64,000 nt of DNA from a virus: the IMG/VR virus record IMGVR_UViG_3300032288_005424; one strand, written 5' to 3'. A program made the translations under genes and the position numbers. Below are positions 1 through 9,510 of the stretch, one piece after another (within the stretch, counting starts at the first letter, position 1; each line of letters opens with the position of its first letter). Under the pieces are notes generated by a model. The model was not told the DNA's origin. It saw nothing but the letters and a program-made list of their open reading frames with translations, and did no database searches.

Positions 1-624
1 GTGAGCGTCATCTTCCGAAGGAGATCCGTCTGGGTTAGCTTTGTAATCTAGCATTGATCCCCAAGCTTTATCCTTTTCTCTTGTGCCAGAGGTATTCGAA
101 GATATGTAACCTGCGTATTTTAATAAAGTTCGATAAAGTTTGTAACCTAGGCCGGTTCCTCTAAGGCCGACTGGAATTCCTCCATTAGGAAAGTGGCTTC
201 GCTGGCTGTCAGATGGAGCCTCAGTTCTAAAGTGAATTGCATCGCTGTTATTTGGATAAACATCTCTCCAGTAACCAAAATTGCTAGTAAATCGACTTTC
301 GTCGATTCCCTTTAATTCATTCATTAAGTTGACTATTTCTTGTGGAAATTTGGGATAATAACTTCTAGTGTTCGAAGGTTTTTCCATAGTTATTTGAGTT
401 CTAGGAATTCTCTTTAGAGCCTGTTCCAATTCTGCTGCAACTTGAGTGAACGATCTAGTTGGCGGGCGATTTGCCATTTGTTCTCTTCGTCTAATTGTTT
501 CTTGACGAATTGTTCCCATTTGACTGCCTGAGAGTCTTTCAGGTCGTTTAACACCCATTTCGTCAACTAGCCCGTCTCTGTTTAGATTAGATTCGTTGAC
601 CATGTCAATAAATGAATTTATCAT
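1..624 (-). CDS. hypothetical protein, C-terminal part beyond the left window edge
   Basis: Open frame on the minus strand starting at the ATG whose complement is 622-624 and running off the edge without a stop; LRGTGLGYKLY resembles a GNAT R-G-x-G-x-G motif (weak). Confidence 0.45.
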   Translation of the reverse strand, partial: MINSFIDMVNESNLNRDGLVDEMGVKRPERLSGSQMGTIRQETIRRREQMANRPPTRSFTQVAAELEQALKRIPRTQITMEKPSNTRSYYPKFPQEIVNLMNELKGIDESRFTSNFGYWRDVYPNNSDAIHFRTEAPSDSQRSHFPNGGIPVGLRGTGLGYKLYRTLLKYAGYISSNTSGTREKDKAWGSMLDYKANPDGSPSEDDAH

Positions 625-693
625 GAATATAAAAAATTACTTTGAGTTATTTATTTCCGGAACCGCTGACGGTTCCATAGTAAAAGATCTAGT

Positions 694-1413
694 ATGCAAA
701 AGATAACATTCAATAAGAAATCAATTCTAATCTCATTTTGGGACGAATCTAGTGAAAAATGGATTGATCGAAACATTACTGAATCGGATTTACCAATTTC
801 ATGGTATTTGCCCTACGAGGTGTTTGTGGAGCCGAAAGTCACAATTAGGGATGTACTTGGGCTATTAGAACCCTATTCAGACCAACTGAATTTCATATTC
901 GTCAACTACATGAGAGGCTTGCTCTTTTCCGATCTTACTCAGCTATTGAAATCGGCAAAGTCTGAAAAGTCTAAGCTTAGCATAGACGCAATGTGTCTTA
1001 TTTGGGTGGGTGAAATAAAGTCAACATCAGGAGATGAAGAGGTTATTGACATTTATCCGACTCTAATGGCATTGGAAATTGATGAACTTGATCAGGATGG
1101 AGAAAATGACACATTTTATTCGGTGTTTGACGTTAATACTAAGCAACTTCTTGATTCGGAATTCATTGTTGATGATCTTTTGGAATTATATCGAGAGGAA
1201 GATCCTGATGAAACTGAATTCAGTGGAATAGCCGGCTGGAGCATGTTCGATTTTGTTCGTGGACTTCTTGGTGAATTGGTCATGTACGCGTTCGCAAATA
1301 GAATGATACAGTTGTCCGAACTCTCAAATCTGCCGCCTTTAACCGCTGATGAGCTTTTCAAACACATGGATAATTTAGACAAATTTTTCAAGAACGGCAA
1401 ATCTCGAGACTAA
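694..1413 (+). CDS. hypothetical acidic protein
   Basis: 239-aa ORF, AT-rich codon usage matches neighbours; no recognisable motif. Confidence 0.55.
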   Translation: MQKITFNKKSILISFWDESSEKWIDRNITESDLPISWYLPYEVFVEPKVTIRDVLGLLEPYSDQLNFIFVNYMRGLLFSDLTQLLKSAKSEKSKLSIDAMCLIWVGEIKSTSGDEEVIDIYPTLMALEIDELDQDGENDTFYSVFDVNTKQLLDSEFIVDDLLELYREEDPDETEFSGIAGWSMFDFVRGLLGELVMYAFANRMIQLSELSNLPPLTADELFKHMDNLDKFFKNGKSRD

Positions 1414-1507
1414 CTAAGTATAATATCATTAACTACTAACTACTACACTTTTGATTTCCGATTTGGAGCTATCGACACCGATGGCTCCTTTTTGGTATAA
1501 TATTAAT

Positions 1508-2527
1508 ATGAGAACCCGAAAAATAAAAACTTTTTACGATGACAGACAAGTTTTAGAGCAGGACTCTTACTCGAATTATAGTAAGTCTCCACTAAAGCCT
1601 AAACTGTTATTGGAATACTTTAAAGAAAAGGGTTTATTCAAGCATCTTTCAGTGACTAACGAGTTCAAACCGTACTCTAAAAACGACTTTAAACTGGCTC
1701 ATGAATCAAGTTACATTGAAGAGTTTTTTAATGGAACCGGGAGATGTAGTTCAAATGGCCTTGCTTGGTCAAAACAGTTCGCTGACTCAGTGCGATACAC
1801 AAATGCTTCTTTGCACGCGGCGATTCGAAATTCAATAGTAAATCCTTCAGAAGTAAGTTTCAGTCCAACTAGCGGATTTCACCATGCTAGGCCAAGCGGC
1901 GGAAGTGGATTTTGTACGTTTAGCGGTCAAGTAATTGCTTCTCTAAAGATTTACAGGGAGTTTGGAGCAAGCGGCGCATACCTTGACCTAGATGGCCACT
2001 TCGGCAATTCAATAGAGGACAGTCGATCATTTTGCAAAGAATTAAATTTAGCGATTCCTCAGGACTTTAATATCAATCCAATCGGCATTGATTCGGATTA
2101 CTTGGCAGATTTGGCCAAATGGTTAGAGAGGCTGAAGCATGCGATCATTAACGGTAAAATCCAATACGTCGTTTGGTGCCATGGAGCAGATTCACACGCA
2201 GATGATAACCTAGGAAGTCAATGCGAAACTGAATATTGGATAGCGTGTTCAACTCTTTTTTGGAGTTGGGTGAAAGAGATGGATGAATTGCTTGGAAGAC
2301 CTTTACCTGTATCTTGCGCGCTATTCGGAGGATACCGAGATGATGATTATACTTCAGTTTTAAGTTTGCATACTGCTGATTTCGTTGAGTGCTTTACCGA
2401 GTTACTTGGCTTGGACGTTAAATATACTATAGAGGTAAAGCCTCGTCTAAAAATGGGATACTACAATGACGAACTCATTACTGGAAAGAGAAAACGCGCA
2501 CGAAAGAGAATGGATCAAAAAATATAA
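1508..2527 (+). CDS. arginase/deacetylase-superfamily protein (HDAC / acetylpolyamine amidohydrolase-like)
   Basis: SGFHHARPSGGSGFCTFSGQV matches the HDAC PGHHA...GFC..N signature; DLDGHFGNS matches D-x-D-x-H-H-G-D-G; GADSHADDNLG matches G-x-D-x-x-x-D-x-L-G. Start chosen at MRTRKIKTFYDD (ORF track gives 1451). Confidence 0.55.
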   Translation: MRTRKIKTFYDDRQVLEQDSYSNYSKSPLKPKLLLEYFKEKGLFKHLSVTNEFKPYSKNDFKLAHESSYIEEFFNGTGRCSSNGLAWSKQFADSVRYTNASLHAAIRNSIVNPSEVSFSPTSGFHHARPSGGSGFCTFSGQVIASLKIYREFGASGAYLDLDGHFGNSIEDSRSFCKELNLAIPQDFNINPIGIDSDYLADLAKWLERLKHAIINGKIQYVVWCHGADSHADDNLGSQCETEYWIACSTLFWSWVKEMDELLGRPLPVSCALFGGYRDDDYTSVLSLHTADFVECFTELLGLDVKYTIEVKPRLKMGYYNDELITGKRKRARKRMDQKI

Positions 2528-2663
2528 CGACGTCAATAAAAAGGGAATCACCTCAGTTTACTGGAACGAAATCCTGGACATAATAAAATACCTAGAAAGT
2601 AAAGAGGAGTATGAAAAGTGCCAAGACCTCTGGGAATACTATCAATCAATTACCGGCCATTAA
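2466..2663 (+). CDS. small hypothetical protein (EEYEKCQDL motif)
   Basis: 65-aa ORF overlapping the end of the deacetylase gene in another frame; shares an E-E-[YF]-E-K-C-x-D-L motif with ORF 17530..17793. Confidence 0.35.
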   Translation: MTNSLLERENAHEREWIKKYNDVNKKGITSVYWNEILDIIKYLESKEEYEKCQDLWEYYQSITGH

Positions 2664-2677
2664 AAAAGTTACAAATT

Positions 2678-3118
2678 ATGAAAGTACTATTTTTAACAAT
2701 TATATTGTTCAGCTCTTTCATGGTCCTTGGCCTGAGTCAAATCAAAATCACGGATAGAAACGTCGATTCGTTAATTAAACCTTGGATAGGAAGGCCATAC
2801 CGGTATGGAGGAACGACTAAGGCTGGAATAGACTGTTCAGCATTCACTCAAAAAATTTGGATGGGGCTAGGTGTGCCGATACCAAGGACAGCTAAGTCGC
2901 AATACAAAGCCGCAGTCAAAGTTGATTCATGCGATTTGCAGATTGGAGATCTGCTGTTCTTCATGAGCAGGCAAAGTCCTTCAGGTTGGCACGTTGCATT
3001 CTATCTTGGAAATGGACAATTTGTTCATGCAGCAAATAGAAAAATGGGAGTAATTGTTCAGGAACTTTCCGAAGACGTTAAACGTCGAATTTATTCAATC
3101 GGTAGATTTACCAAATAA
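2678..3118 (+). CDS. secreted NlpC/P60-family cell-wall peptidase
   Basis: Signal peptide MKVLFLTIILFSSFMVLG; catalytic Cys context GIDCSAF, then GDLLFF...HVAFYLGNGQFVHA, typical of NlpC/P60. Confidence 0.6.
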   Translation: MKVLFLTIILFSSFMVLGLSQIKITDRNVDSLIKPWIGRPYRYGGTTKAGIDCSAFTQKIWMGLGVPIPRTAKSQYKAAVKVDSCDLQIGDLLFFMSRQSPSGWHVAFYLGNGQFVHAANRKMGVIVQELSEDVKRRIYSIGRFTK

Positions 3119-3120
3119 AA

Positions 3121-3144
3121 AAACCGCCACTTGGGCGGTTTTCT
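3121..3144. terminator. bidirectional rho-independent terminator
   Basis: AACCGCCacttgGGCGGTT hairpin with an A-run on the left and a T-run on the right, between convergent genes. Confidence 0.6.
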
Positions 3145-3162
3145 CATTCACAGGAAATTCAA

Positions 3163-3477
3163 TTAAGAATTAAGTTGTTCTTCTTCAGGTTTAGCAGCCT
3201 CAGCTTTTTCAGCCTTAGGTTGTTTGCCGTTAATCACATTCTTAACTCCAAGTAGTGCAGCACCAATCGTTGTGAACATCACAGATTGATTGATGATGTC
3301 GATTGACTTGTCTAGAAACATCTTATCGATGCAACCTAACAAGAAGCAAAGACCGCCGATGAAAATGATGTAAACTCCAGACGTTGAAGTCGCGGAGGTT
3401 TTACCATTGTCATTAGAGGTCATTTCACCAAAGGAGAATTTTTTAATGTCTCCGATTTTAGGAAGTGTCATAGCCAT
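3163..3477 (-). CDS. small membrane protein (holin-like candidate)
   Basis: Two predicted TM helices (GVYIIFIGGLCFLLGCI and MFTTIGAALLGV) with a charged C-terminal tail. Confidence 0.45.
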   Translation of the reverse strand: MAMTLPKIGDIKKFSFGEMTSNDNGKTSATSTSGVYIIFIGGLCFLLGCIDKMFLDKSIDIINQSVMFTTIGAALLGVKNVINGKQPKAEKAEAAKPEEEQLNS

Positions 3478-3486
3478 CTAGTTTTT

Positions 3487-4302
3487 TTAATTGACGTACT
3501 CTTTGAGAGATCTCTCAAGCCCGTCGGTGTTCTCAAGTTCTGACGATGATTCGTCATAGTAGTTTTTATAGCGTTCTTCTAAAAGAGCTGAGGCTTTTCC
3601 AAAGCCCAGTTGATCTAGTATTCGAATTGCGAGCCAATCCGCTTCTCTTTCTTGTCTTTCATCGTACTTAGCAAGACGATTCGATTCATGATGATTCAAT
3701 ACTGAGTGAGAAATTTCGTGAGCCTCAATCGCAAGAAGATGATCTTGTGTTAGATTCTGGTGTTCAACCTGGACTCCGTCTATGAATACTGTTTTTGAGT
3801 TTAGGTCAGCGAAGGCTGTTCCCAACCAGTCAAATATCTTGGCAACATTTCCGTAAAGTTCATCTTCTGGCCAGAGTACCAAAATTGTCCAACTTGGGTC
3901 AATCTCACTTTTCCAAACGGCACTAGGTTCTTGAGAAGTTTCATCTGAGCTCTCAGTTAAATTGTACTTCTTCATTTTTGAAGCCCGTCGACCTGTTAGG
4001 TCTCTCCAAAGTTCTCGAACGTCCGGTTGGGCCAAGGTATCGGCTTGTACCATTGAGTAGAACTGATTATCTGAATTTTGCAACATCGCAAAAAATTCAT
4101 CAAGAGTCGGTTTCTTCGGCAAGGCCTCAATCCTAGGTTTTAGTCTTCTGAACATTGGAAATAGCTCAGTTTCGTACTTGTCTCCAGTATGTGGGTTTCT
4201 TCCGAATTTACGATTAATTCCCAGATCACTAACTTTCTTTAGCGGCCTAGATTGAGCGGCATTTTCAAGTAACCAGTCATTAAATTTAAGTAAAGTCTTC
4301 AT
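3487..4302 (-). CDS. CTS-like N-terminus plus HExxH metallopeptidase-like protein
   Basis: N-terminus MKTLLKFNDWLLENA (family motif); HEISH zinc-binding motif (LAIEAHEISHSVLNHH). Confidence 0.5.
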   Translation of the reverse strand: MKTLLKFNDWLLENAAQSRPLKKVSDLGINRKFGRNPHTGDKYETELFPMFRRLKPRIEALPKKPTLDEFFAMLQNSDNQFYSMVQADTLAQPDVRELWRDLTGRRASKMKKYNLTESSDETSQEPSAVWKSEIDPSWTILVLWPEDELYGNVAKIFDWLGTAFADLNSKTVFIDGVQVEHQNLTQDHLLAIEAHEISHSVLNHHESNRLAKYDERQEREADWLAIRILDQLGFGKASALLEERYKNYYDESSSELENTDGLERSLKEYVN

Positions 4303-4352
4303 CTAGTTTATTTATTCGGGAGTCAGATAAATAACAAAAAAACAAAAAGATA

Positions 4353-4799
4353 ATGATCCATAAGTATCAACAATGGCTTGAAGAATCTGAAAAGGTTGAA
4401 GCGGGAGCAGATGTTCCATCAGAAACTCCTGAAACCTCAACTTCGGATTTGCCAACTGAAGAAACTCCGGCAGCAGACGCGCCAGTAGATGCAAACGCTG
4501 ACGCTCCTGAAATGACAGTCGATTCAGCTGAATCCGAAATCGAACAGTATCGTACGCTAGACACTACGCGCAGAGATGCAATCAAAGCTTTCAAAGCAAA
4601 ACAAGAGGAATTCTTGGAAATCCCAGATGAAACTCGTAAGAATCCAACTGAGGAAGCTGACAAAACTAAGGTTGAAACTCTAAAAACTGAATTGATTGAG
4701 CTCAATAAGACAATGAAAGACGCGATCAAAGCATGGGATTCTTTCAATGCAAAAGCGTTAGGAATTAGTGATGACGCTGATTTAGACGAAGAACCTTAA
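4353..4799 (+). CDS. acidic hypothetical protein, divergent CTS-like N-terminus
   Basis: MIHKYQQWLEESE start; highly acidic, Pro/Ala/Glu-rich. Confidence 0.5.
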   Translation: MIHKYQQWLEESEKVEAGADVPSETPETSTSDLPTEETPAADAPVDANADAPEMTVDSAESEIEQYRTLDTTRRDAIKAFKAKQEEFLEIPDETRKNPTEEADKTKVETLKTELIELNKTMKDAIKAWDSFNAKALGISDDADLDEEP

Positions 4800-4800
4800 T

Positions 4801-5082
4801 ATGGCAGAAAATCAAATCTCTGGATTCGCAGACACATTCTTATCTAAACTTAAAGAACAGTCATTCACAGTTCTTCTCATGGTAGGCGTGATTTGGTATC
4901 AAGGTAGAATGATGGAAGAGCGAGTAGCCTATTGGCAAAAGCTGTATGAGGACAGGGAAGCTTACATTCAACAAACAGCAAAGGAAGACAAACAGATTCT
5001 ATTAGACCGAATAAAGTATCTTCAGGACCAGAGAGACAAATACGTTGATGATGCAATCAACGAATTAAAAGAAACCAAGTAA
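4801..5082 (+). CDS. small membrane/coiled-coil protein
   Basis: One TM helix (FTVLLMVGVIWY) then a charged helical region; start overlaps the upstream stop (TAATATG). Confidence 0.45.
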   Translation: MAENQISGFADTFLSKLKEQSFTVLLMVGVIWYQGRMMEERVAYWQKLYEDREAYIQQTAKEDKQILLDRIKYLQDQRDKYVDDAINELKETK

Positions 5083-5088
5083 AATAGT

Positions 5089-5877
5089 GTGCAGTACTTA
5101 TTAGAATATAGTGACTGGGTCTCACAACGCGAACAGGAAATCAATGAAGATTGGGATCTTGGTGATTGGGCACATTTAACGGCTGATGTGGTTAGTGCGG
5201 TCGCCGATTCAGTTGTGCCAGGTTCAGGAGCAGCACTTGATCTAATTCATGCAGTGAGTTATTGGATTCAATCCGATTTGACCCAAAATCCAATTGAGAA
5301 ACTTTCCCTTAACCTACAGGGTGTTGTTACGTTAGGGTCGGTCGTTGCGATAGGCGCTTTTCAAGCAGCAGCAACCTCTTTTAAATTAGAAATTAAGGCA
5401 ATAACCGATGCATTCAAAAAGGGAGCTAATCCAGCAATGATTAGCCTTGCAAAGAAGTCAGCGTCTGGCGCAGCAAGCCATGCTCAAAAAATTTTAACCT
5501 TAATCACCGAAGTTGCGAAGTGGGTAGGAAGTCAACTTGCAAAGCTTAAGGATTCTACGTTAGGCAGTTGGTTAATTGAGAACTTTGGCTCTTTCAAAGC
5601 CGGTGTTGATAAAATTCTTAATTTCCTAACGGTGAAGGTCCCAAGTTCAATCAAGCAATTCTTGTCTTTATTGGCTAAATTGAATCCAGCGGCAGTCGGT
5701 GCTAATGCAGCAAGCGGTGAAGCTGGAGAACTTGCAATAAAACAAGTTGCCAAAACATACGCTGCGAATCAGAGCGCAAACACGTCAGTCAAATTGATTT
5801 CTCAAACAACTCAGACAACTAACCAGAAAATAGCTCAATTGCAGCAGAAAAAACCTGCAACTCCTAAAACTACTTAG
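5089..5877 (+). CDS. hypothetical protein (Ala-rich)
   Basis: 262-aa ORF; N-terminus MQYLLEYSDWVSQREQE is a divergent form of the family motif. Confidence 0.5.
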   Translation: MQYLLEYSDWVSQREQEINEDWDLGDWAHLTADVVSAVADSVVPGSGAALDLIHAVSYWIQSDLTQNPIEKLSLNLQGVVTLGSVVAIGAFQAAATSFKLEIKAITDAFKKGANPAMISLAKKSASGAASHAQKILTLITEVAKWVGSQLAKLKDSTLGSWLIENFGSFKAGVDKILNFLTVKVPSSIKQFLSLLAKLNPAAVGANAASGEAGELAIKQVAKTYAANQSANTSVKLISQTTQTTNQKIAQLQQKKPATPKTT

Positions 5878-5898
5878 TTGTTTTAATAGACATAATAG

Positions 5899-5925
5899 AA
5901 AAGCCGGAATTCTCCGGCTTTTTTA
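5899..5925. terminator. bidirectional terminator
   Basis: AAGCCGGAgaattcTCCGGCTT hairpin flanked by A- and T-runs between convergent genes. Confidence 0.6.
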
Positions 5926-5936
5926 ATGTGATCATG

Positions 5937-6533
5937 TTAGTATTGGTATACGGCATTGGGCCATAGGCAGGACGGCCGCTCAATCAATTTTAATTTATGA
6001 AGGTGATTTGTCATTCCATGAATAGCTCCCTCAATGTCATCAACCACCAAATAGGTACCCTCTTTGCTTAATGAATCGCAAATTTCCATTTCAATATTGA
6101 TATGATCTTGGTGATGACATCCGTCAATGTGAATCAGATCGTATTGTTTTTGCAGAGTCGGCATGACTTCGATTGAATTTCCTGCATGGTAAGTGATACG
6201 ATTGTTAAAAACAGAATTTAGATACTCAATGCAAGGTTGAGTAAATGCGAATTCATTAATATCATTCGCATCAATTAATAAATCGTCTGATGCCAATAGC
6301 ATTATGAACAGCGAGTGGCCTGCATAGTTACCGACTTCAAGGGCAGTCTTACAGTCTTTAGCTGTTTCGTACAAGAGTTGTTGTTTATCAAACGTTGCCT
6401 CATGGTAATCAAGAGTTTGACCATCCATCATGTAAGAGCCACCGCCGATTGGAAAACCGAAACTTTCAACGATTTTTTGTAGTTCTGTGAAGTGATGAAA
6501 GTTGTCTTTTAGTTTTTGAGAATAATCGCTCAT
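5937..6533 (-). CDS. class I SAM-dependent methyltransferase (O-methyltransferase-like)
   Basis: ALEVGNYAGHS (motif I-like), DLIHIDGCHH and YLVVDD resemble Methyltransf_24 / CmcI-type O-methyltransferases. Confidence 0.55.
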   Translation of the reverse strand: MSDYSQKLKDNFHHFTELQKIVESFGFPIGGGSYMMDGQTLDYHEATFDKQQLLYETAKDCKTALEVGNYAGHSLFIMLLASDDLLIDANDINEFAFTQPCIEYLNSVFNNRITYHAGNSIEVMPTLQKQYDLIHIDGCHHQDHINIEMEICDSLSKEGTYLVVDDIEGAIHGMTNHLHKLKLIERPSCLWPNAVYQY

Positions 6534-6643
6534 TTTAATTTAGGTCATTTTTTATGTGATCTGATTAGATCTAATTTTCAGGTTAGGTTACTATTAACTC
6601 TATAGTTATGGTGTGGCCAGTGTCATCTAGTGTGTGACCTAAA

Positions 6644-7306
6644 CTAGTTAAGTTTGAACTTATAGCCTGTTAATTTTTCAACCTCTTCCTTTTTAACTGC
6701 CCATTTTTCAAGACCAATTGGTTTGGCTGGGGTATTATTAAATATGTAGGCTTCCCAAAGCCCGGTCTTTTTAACGAAGATCACCTTCCAACACTTGGTC
6801 GGAACTGAGGTTGTACCAATTTTTCTTTCGACTCCAACTGAACCGCACCATACCATTACCGAATCGTATTGAGCGGCAAGTTCGCGAGTTCGTACCTCTA
6901 GCTTTTTCCAGTCACCAGCATTTAGTGAATGATATTGTGGAGCCATATTTGAAAAGTAGAAGCACTCCCTTTGCCAGTCAGCATTGCACTGGTTGTCCGC
7001 AGCTGGGCACATGTGTCCCCTGTCCGTGCCTGATCCAACGTAGTCCTTTGCCAAATTCGTTTCAGCCGGCAATAGAGGATCCGGTGCAAACTCGTCCTTG
7101 CGTGGAACCTTTGAGTCCGGGCAAATAAGCCTAGCCTTTGTGTCCCACCATTCAACCTTTAGCGAGTAATGAAGTTCTGGGCTGTAATAGGCAACATAGC
7201 CTTGGTGTTGGAGCTTAACAGTCTTTTCGGTTTTGGGTGGAGCCACAAAGCTCGTGATGAACAGTAACAGGATCGTTGCTACTATTGAGAGTTTAAAAGT
7301 TTTCAT
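6644..7306 (-). CDS. secreted DNA/RNA non-specific endonuclease (Serratia NucA family)
   Basis: Signal peptide; DRGHMCPAADN...FYFSNMAPQ...N matches the Endonuclease_NS active-site DRGH motif. Confidence 0.7.
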   Translation of the reverse strand: MKTFKLSIVATILLLFITSFVAPPKTEKTVKLQHQGYVAYYSPELHYSLKVEWWDTKARLICPDSKVPRKDEFAPDPLLPAETNLAKDYVGSGTDRGHMCPAADNQCNADWQRECFYFSNMAPQYHSLNAGDWKKLEVRTRELAAQYDSVMVWCGSVGVERKIGTTSVPTKCWKVIFVKKTGLWEAYIFNNTPAKPIGLEKWAVKKEEVEKLTGYKFKLN

Positions 7307-7381
7307 ATTTTTTATTTATTTTTGGCCTTTTTTCCTGGGCTTGAGTATATTATATTCATAACCAAATTTAAAAAAGAAGTC

Positions 7382-7753
7382 ATGAAAAAATTAATCATCG
7401 CAATCATCGCAGCAGTAAGCTTCCAAGTTGCAAACGCTCAAGTTAACCCGATCGAACAAAATCGTCAAGCGATTGAATTTCTTAAGGATCGTTGTTTAAC
7501 TTTTAATAAAGGTCAAGTTCCGGTACGAGTTGATAACTTGACTAAGGTGACCGATTCTTTGGACATCAAGAACATCAACTACAGTCGTACCACTTACGTT
7601 TTCTACGGCAGTCAAATCAATGATGAAACTTGCGGAGGCGGATCTAGCGAAGCCGCTACTGGCAGAACAGCAGTACCTTTCATTAAGTACAGAATCTACA
7701 CTCAAGGCGGATTGACCTACTTGGAAGTGGTTGACGGTAACTCTTACTTTTAA
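7382..7753 (+). CDS. small secreted protein
   Basis: Signal peptide MKKLIIAIIAAVSFQVANAQ; class-2 TATATT box at 7346-7351. Confidence 0.5.
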   Translation: MKKLIIAIIAAVSFQVANAQVNPIEQNRQAIEFLKDRCLTFNKGQVPVRVDNLTKVTDSLDIKNINYSRTTYVFYGSQINDETCGGGSSEAATGRTAVPFIKYRIYTQGGLTYLEVVDGNSYF

Positions 7754-7775
7754 TATCGAACCTTGCTAAAATACA

Positions 7776-7803
7776 AAAGGGACTCTATTGAGTCCCTTTT
7801 TTT
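7776..7803. terminator. bidirectional terminator
   Basis: AAAGGGACTCtattGAGTCCCTTTTTTT between convergent genes. Confidence 0.6.
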
Positions 7804-7819
7804 ATGTGTGTTAACCGGA

Positions 7820-9046
7820 TTATCTTCCAACTTGGCCTTCGCCTTGCTTTGCACCGCCGGTACCAGCTCCGCCTGGGCTAGAACTGCCGCTCGTCCAGTT
7901 ATGAACCAGCTGAACGCTATCGAACCAGGTTGAAACGCCGGATTCAGTTGCTTTAGCGATCAATCCGTTCTTGATGATGTCGCCGTATCCAGCAAATACA
8001 TCGGTCGATTCAGCGAATTCTGCCGGTGGTTTAACCGGTGCGATCGCTGTCGCTATTTGGGTGATCGCCTCGATTAGGCGTTTTGTGCCTTCTGGTTTTA
8101 ATTTATACTTCTTATTACGTTCATCGTATTGAACCAGAGCATTCATATCAGCCTTTGTGATTTTCGAAAGAGCTGAGCTTGTGTCCGGCATCTGATCGTT
8201 AACCAGCATTCTGTTACCTTTTACGAAACCTGCAATCTTCGTAGCTGCGGTGGTTGATGCAGCCGCTGAGTCCTTACCTGCAATCCAATCGTAATAACCT
8301 TTGAACACGCCATCCGTTGTTGCAATGTGGTCCTTTAGGCCAAGCAACTCAAGAGCAGCAATTGAAACGGTTGAGATCAGACCGTTTGAGATTGAACCTA
8401 GCGTACCTGGTTTTGCCCAATAGTAAGTGAAACCGCGTGCATCCGCTTCAGCAACAGCTTTACCCAACGTGAATTTAACCGCATAGTTCTTACACATACC
8501 AATGCCGAACTTGAACCTGGTCGTCATGTCAGCAAGGGCATTACCGAATCTGATCAGTGCAAGCATTCCGTTATTGGATGCCTTGATCGTGATTGGGCCG
8601 GTTATTTCTGACTTCTTGATTAGGATCGTGCCGGTTTCATAGATCTTTTTGCCGTTGATCTCTAGCATATCATCACCGGGCTTTGCAACCTTTTCGGTTG
8701 AGTCCAGGTTGATTTTGATCTTACCTGCTGCAGGTTGAACGTTTGGATCTGCCGAGTTTTGATTGCTTTGGCCTCCGAACTTGCTACCGTCAGTGTCGAG
8801 GTACTTTAGTTGGCCCAAATAGGAAAGGGTTATCGTGTAGATAGTATCCTTTTTAAATCCAAATTTGGTTGCATCTCCGAGGTTGCTGGCACTGCACGAG
8901 GCAGAGATGAAAGCAACTCCGTCTGCGGCTTGCTGGCCTTGTGCGGCTGGCTGTTGTTCAACAGCCTCGTTAAGCCAGTTCGAATAGGTCTTGATTATTC
9001 TTGACTTCATTGTAAACTTTTTTTTATTTTTTACGTGTTTGTCCAT
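7820..9046 (-). CDS. large hypothetical protein with CTS-like N-terminus
   Basis: 408-aa ORF; internal start MKSRIIKTYSNWLNEA (would begin at 9010) matches the family motif; Gly-rich C-terminus. Confidence 0.5.
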   Translation of the reverse strand: MDKHVKNKKKFTMKSRIIKTYSNWLNEAVEQQPAAQGQQAADGVAFISASCSASNLGDATKFGFKKDTIYTITLSYLGQLKYLDTDGSKFGGQSNQNSADPNVQPAAGKIKINLDSTEKVAKPGDDMLEINGKKIYETGTILIKKSEITGPITIKASNNGMLALIRFGNALADMTTRFKFGIGMCKNYAVKFTLGKAVAEADARGFTYYWAKPGTLGSISNGLISTVSIAALELLGLKDHIATTDGVFKGYYDWIAGKDSAAASTTAATKIAGFVKGNRMLVNDQMPDTSSALSKITKADMNALVQYDERNKKYKLKPEGTKRLIEAITQIATAIAPVKPPAEFAESTDVFAGYGDIIKNGLIAKATESGVSTWFDSVQLVHNWTSGSSSPGGAGTGGAKQGEGQVGR

Positions 9047-9151
9047 TTAGGATTTGGTCAATCAGGTAGAGTTATTTATTTTAGTCAAGGTCGACCAATT
9101 CGATTTGGGCTGTGGTACAATAACCTTATCTTAAACAAAATTCATTATAAC

Positions 9152-9436
9152 ATGAGCAAATCAAGCAAAAAGGCCGCTACGACAGTTAAAGCAACTGCTG
9201 CGGTAACAAAAACGTCAAGCCGTAAGGGTATGAGCTATGCAAAATTGAGCCAAGATCAAAAACGTGCGATCATCGCTAGCCGTAAAAAGCGTGGTGATGG
9301 TGCAGTGATCGCCGCTAAAATGGGCGTAACAACAACCTATGTGTCTAACGTAATCACTGGTCGTACTGAGAACACCCGAGTGGTTAATCAAATGTACGAC
9401 ATGGTTAGAGGTCGTAAGGTAAGAGCAACAGCTTAA
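9152..9436 (+). CDS. small basic putative DNA-binding protein
   Basis: Lys/Arg-rich; HTH-like segment AVIAAKMGVTTTYVSNVITG. Confidence 0.45.
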   Translation: MSKSSKKAATTVKATAAVTKTSSRKGMSYAKLSQDQKRAIIASRKKRGDGAVIAAKMGVTTTYVSNVITGRTENTRVVNQMYDMVRGRKVRATA

Positions 9437-9461
9437 GCCCCACAACCCCACCGAAACCCCA

Positions 9462-9488
9462 AAGGGAGCCCCGTAAGGCTCCCTTTTT
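9462..9488. terminator. bidirectional terminator
   Basis: AAAGGGAGCCccgtaaGGCTCCCTTTTTT. Confidence 0.6.
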
Positions 9489-9510
9489 TATGTGATTTGG
9501 CCAGAGACCT

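Noticed and set aside
1116-1400. Antisense ORFs overlapping well-supported genes, e.g. 1116..1400(-), 4367..4747(-), 5532..5753(-), 6811..7155(+/-), 10092..10668(+), 20370..20615(-), 21494..22202(-), 25110..25938(+/-), 41684..42031(-)
   Set aside because: Each lies fully inside a longer ORF with a motif-supported product or coherent gene context. The opposite-strand frames have no promoter or start context and Ser/Leu/Arg-rich compositions typical of antisense noise.
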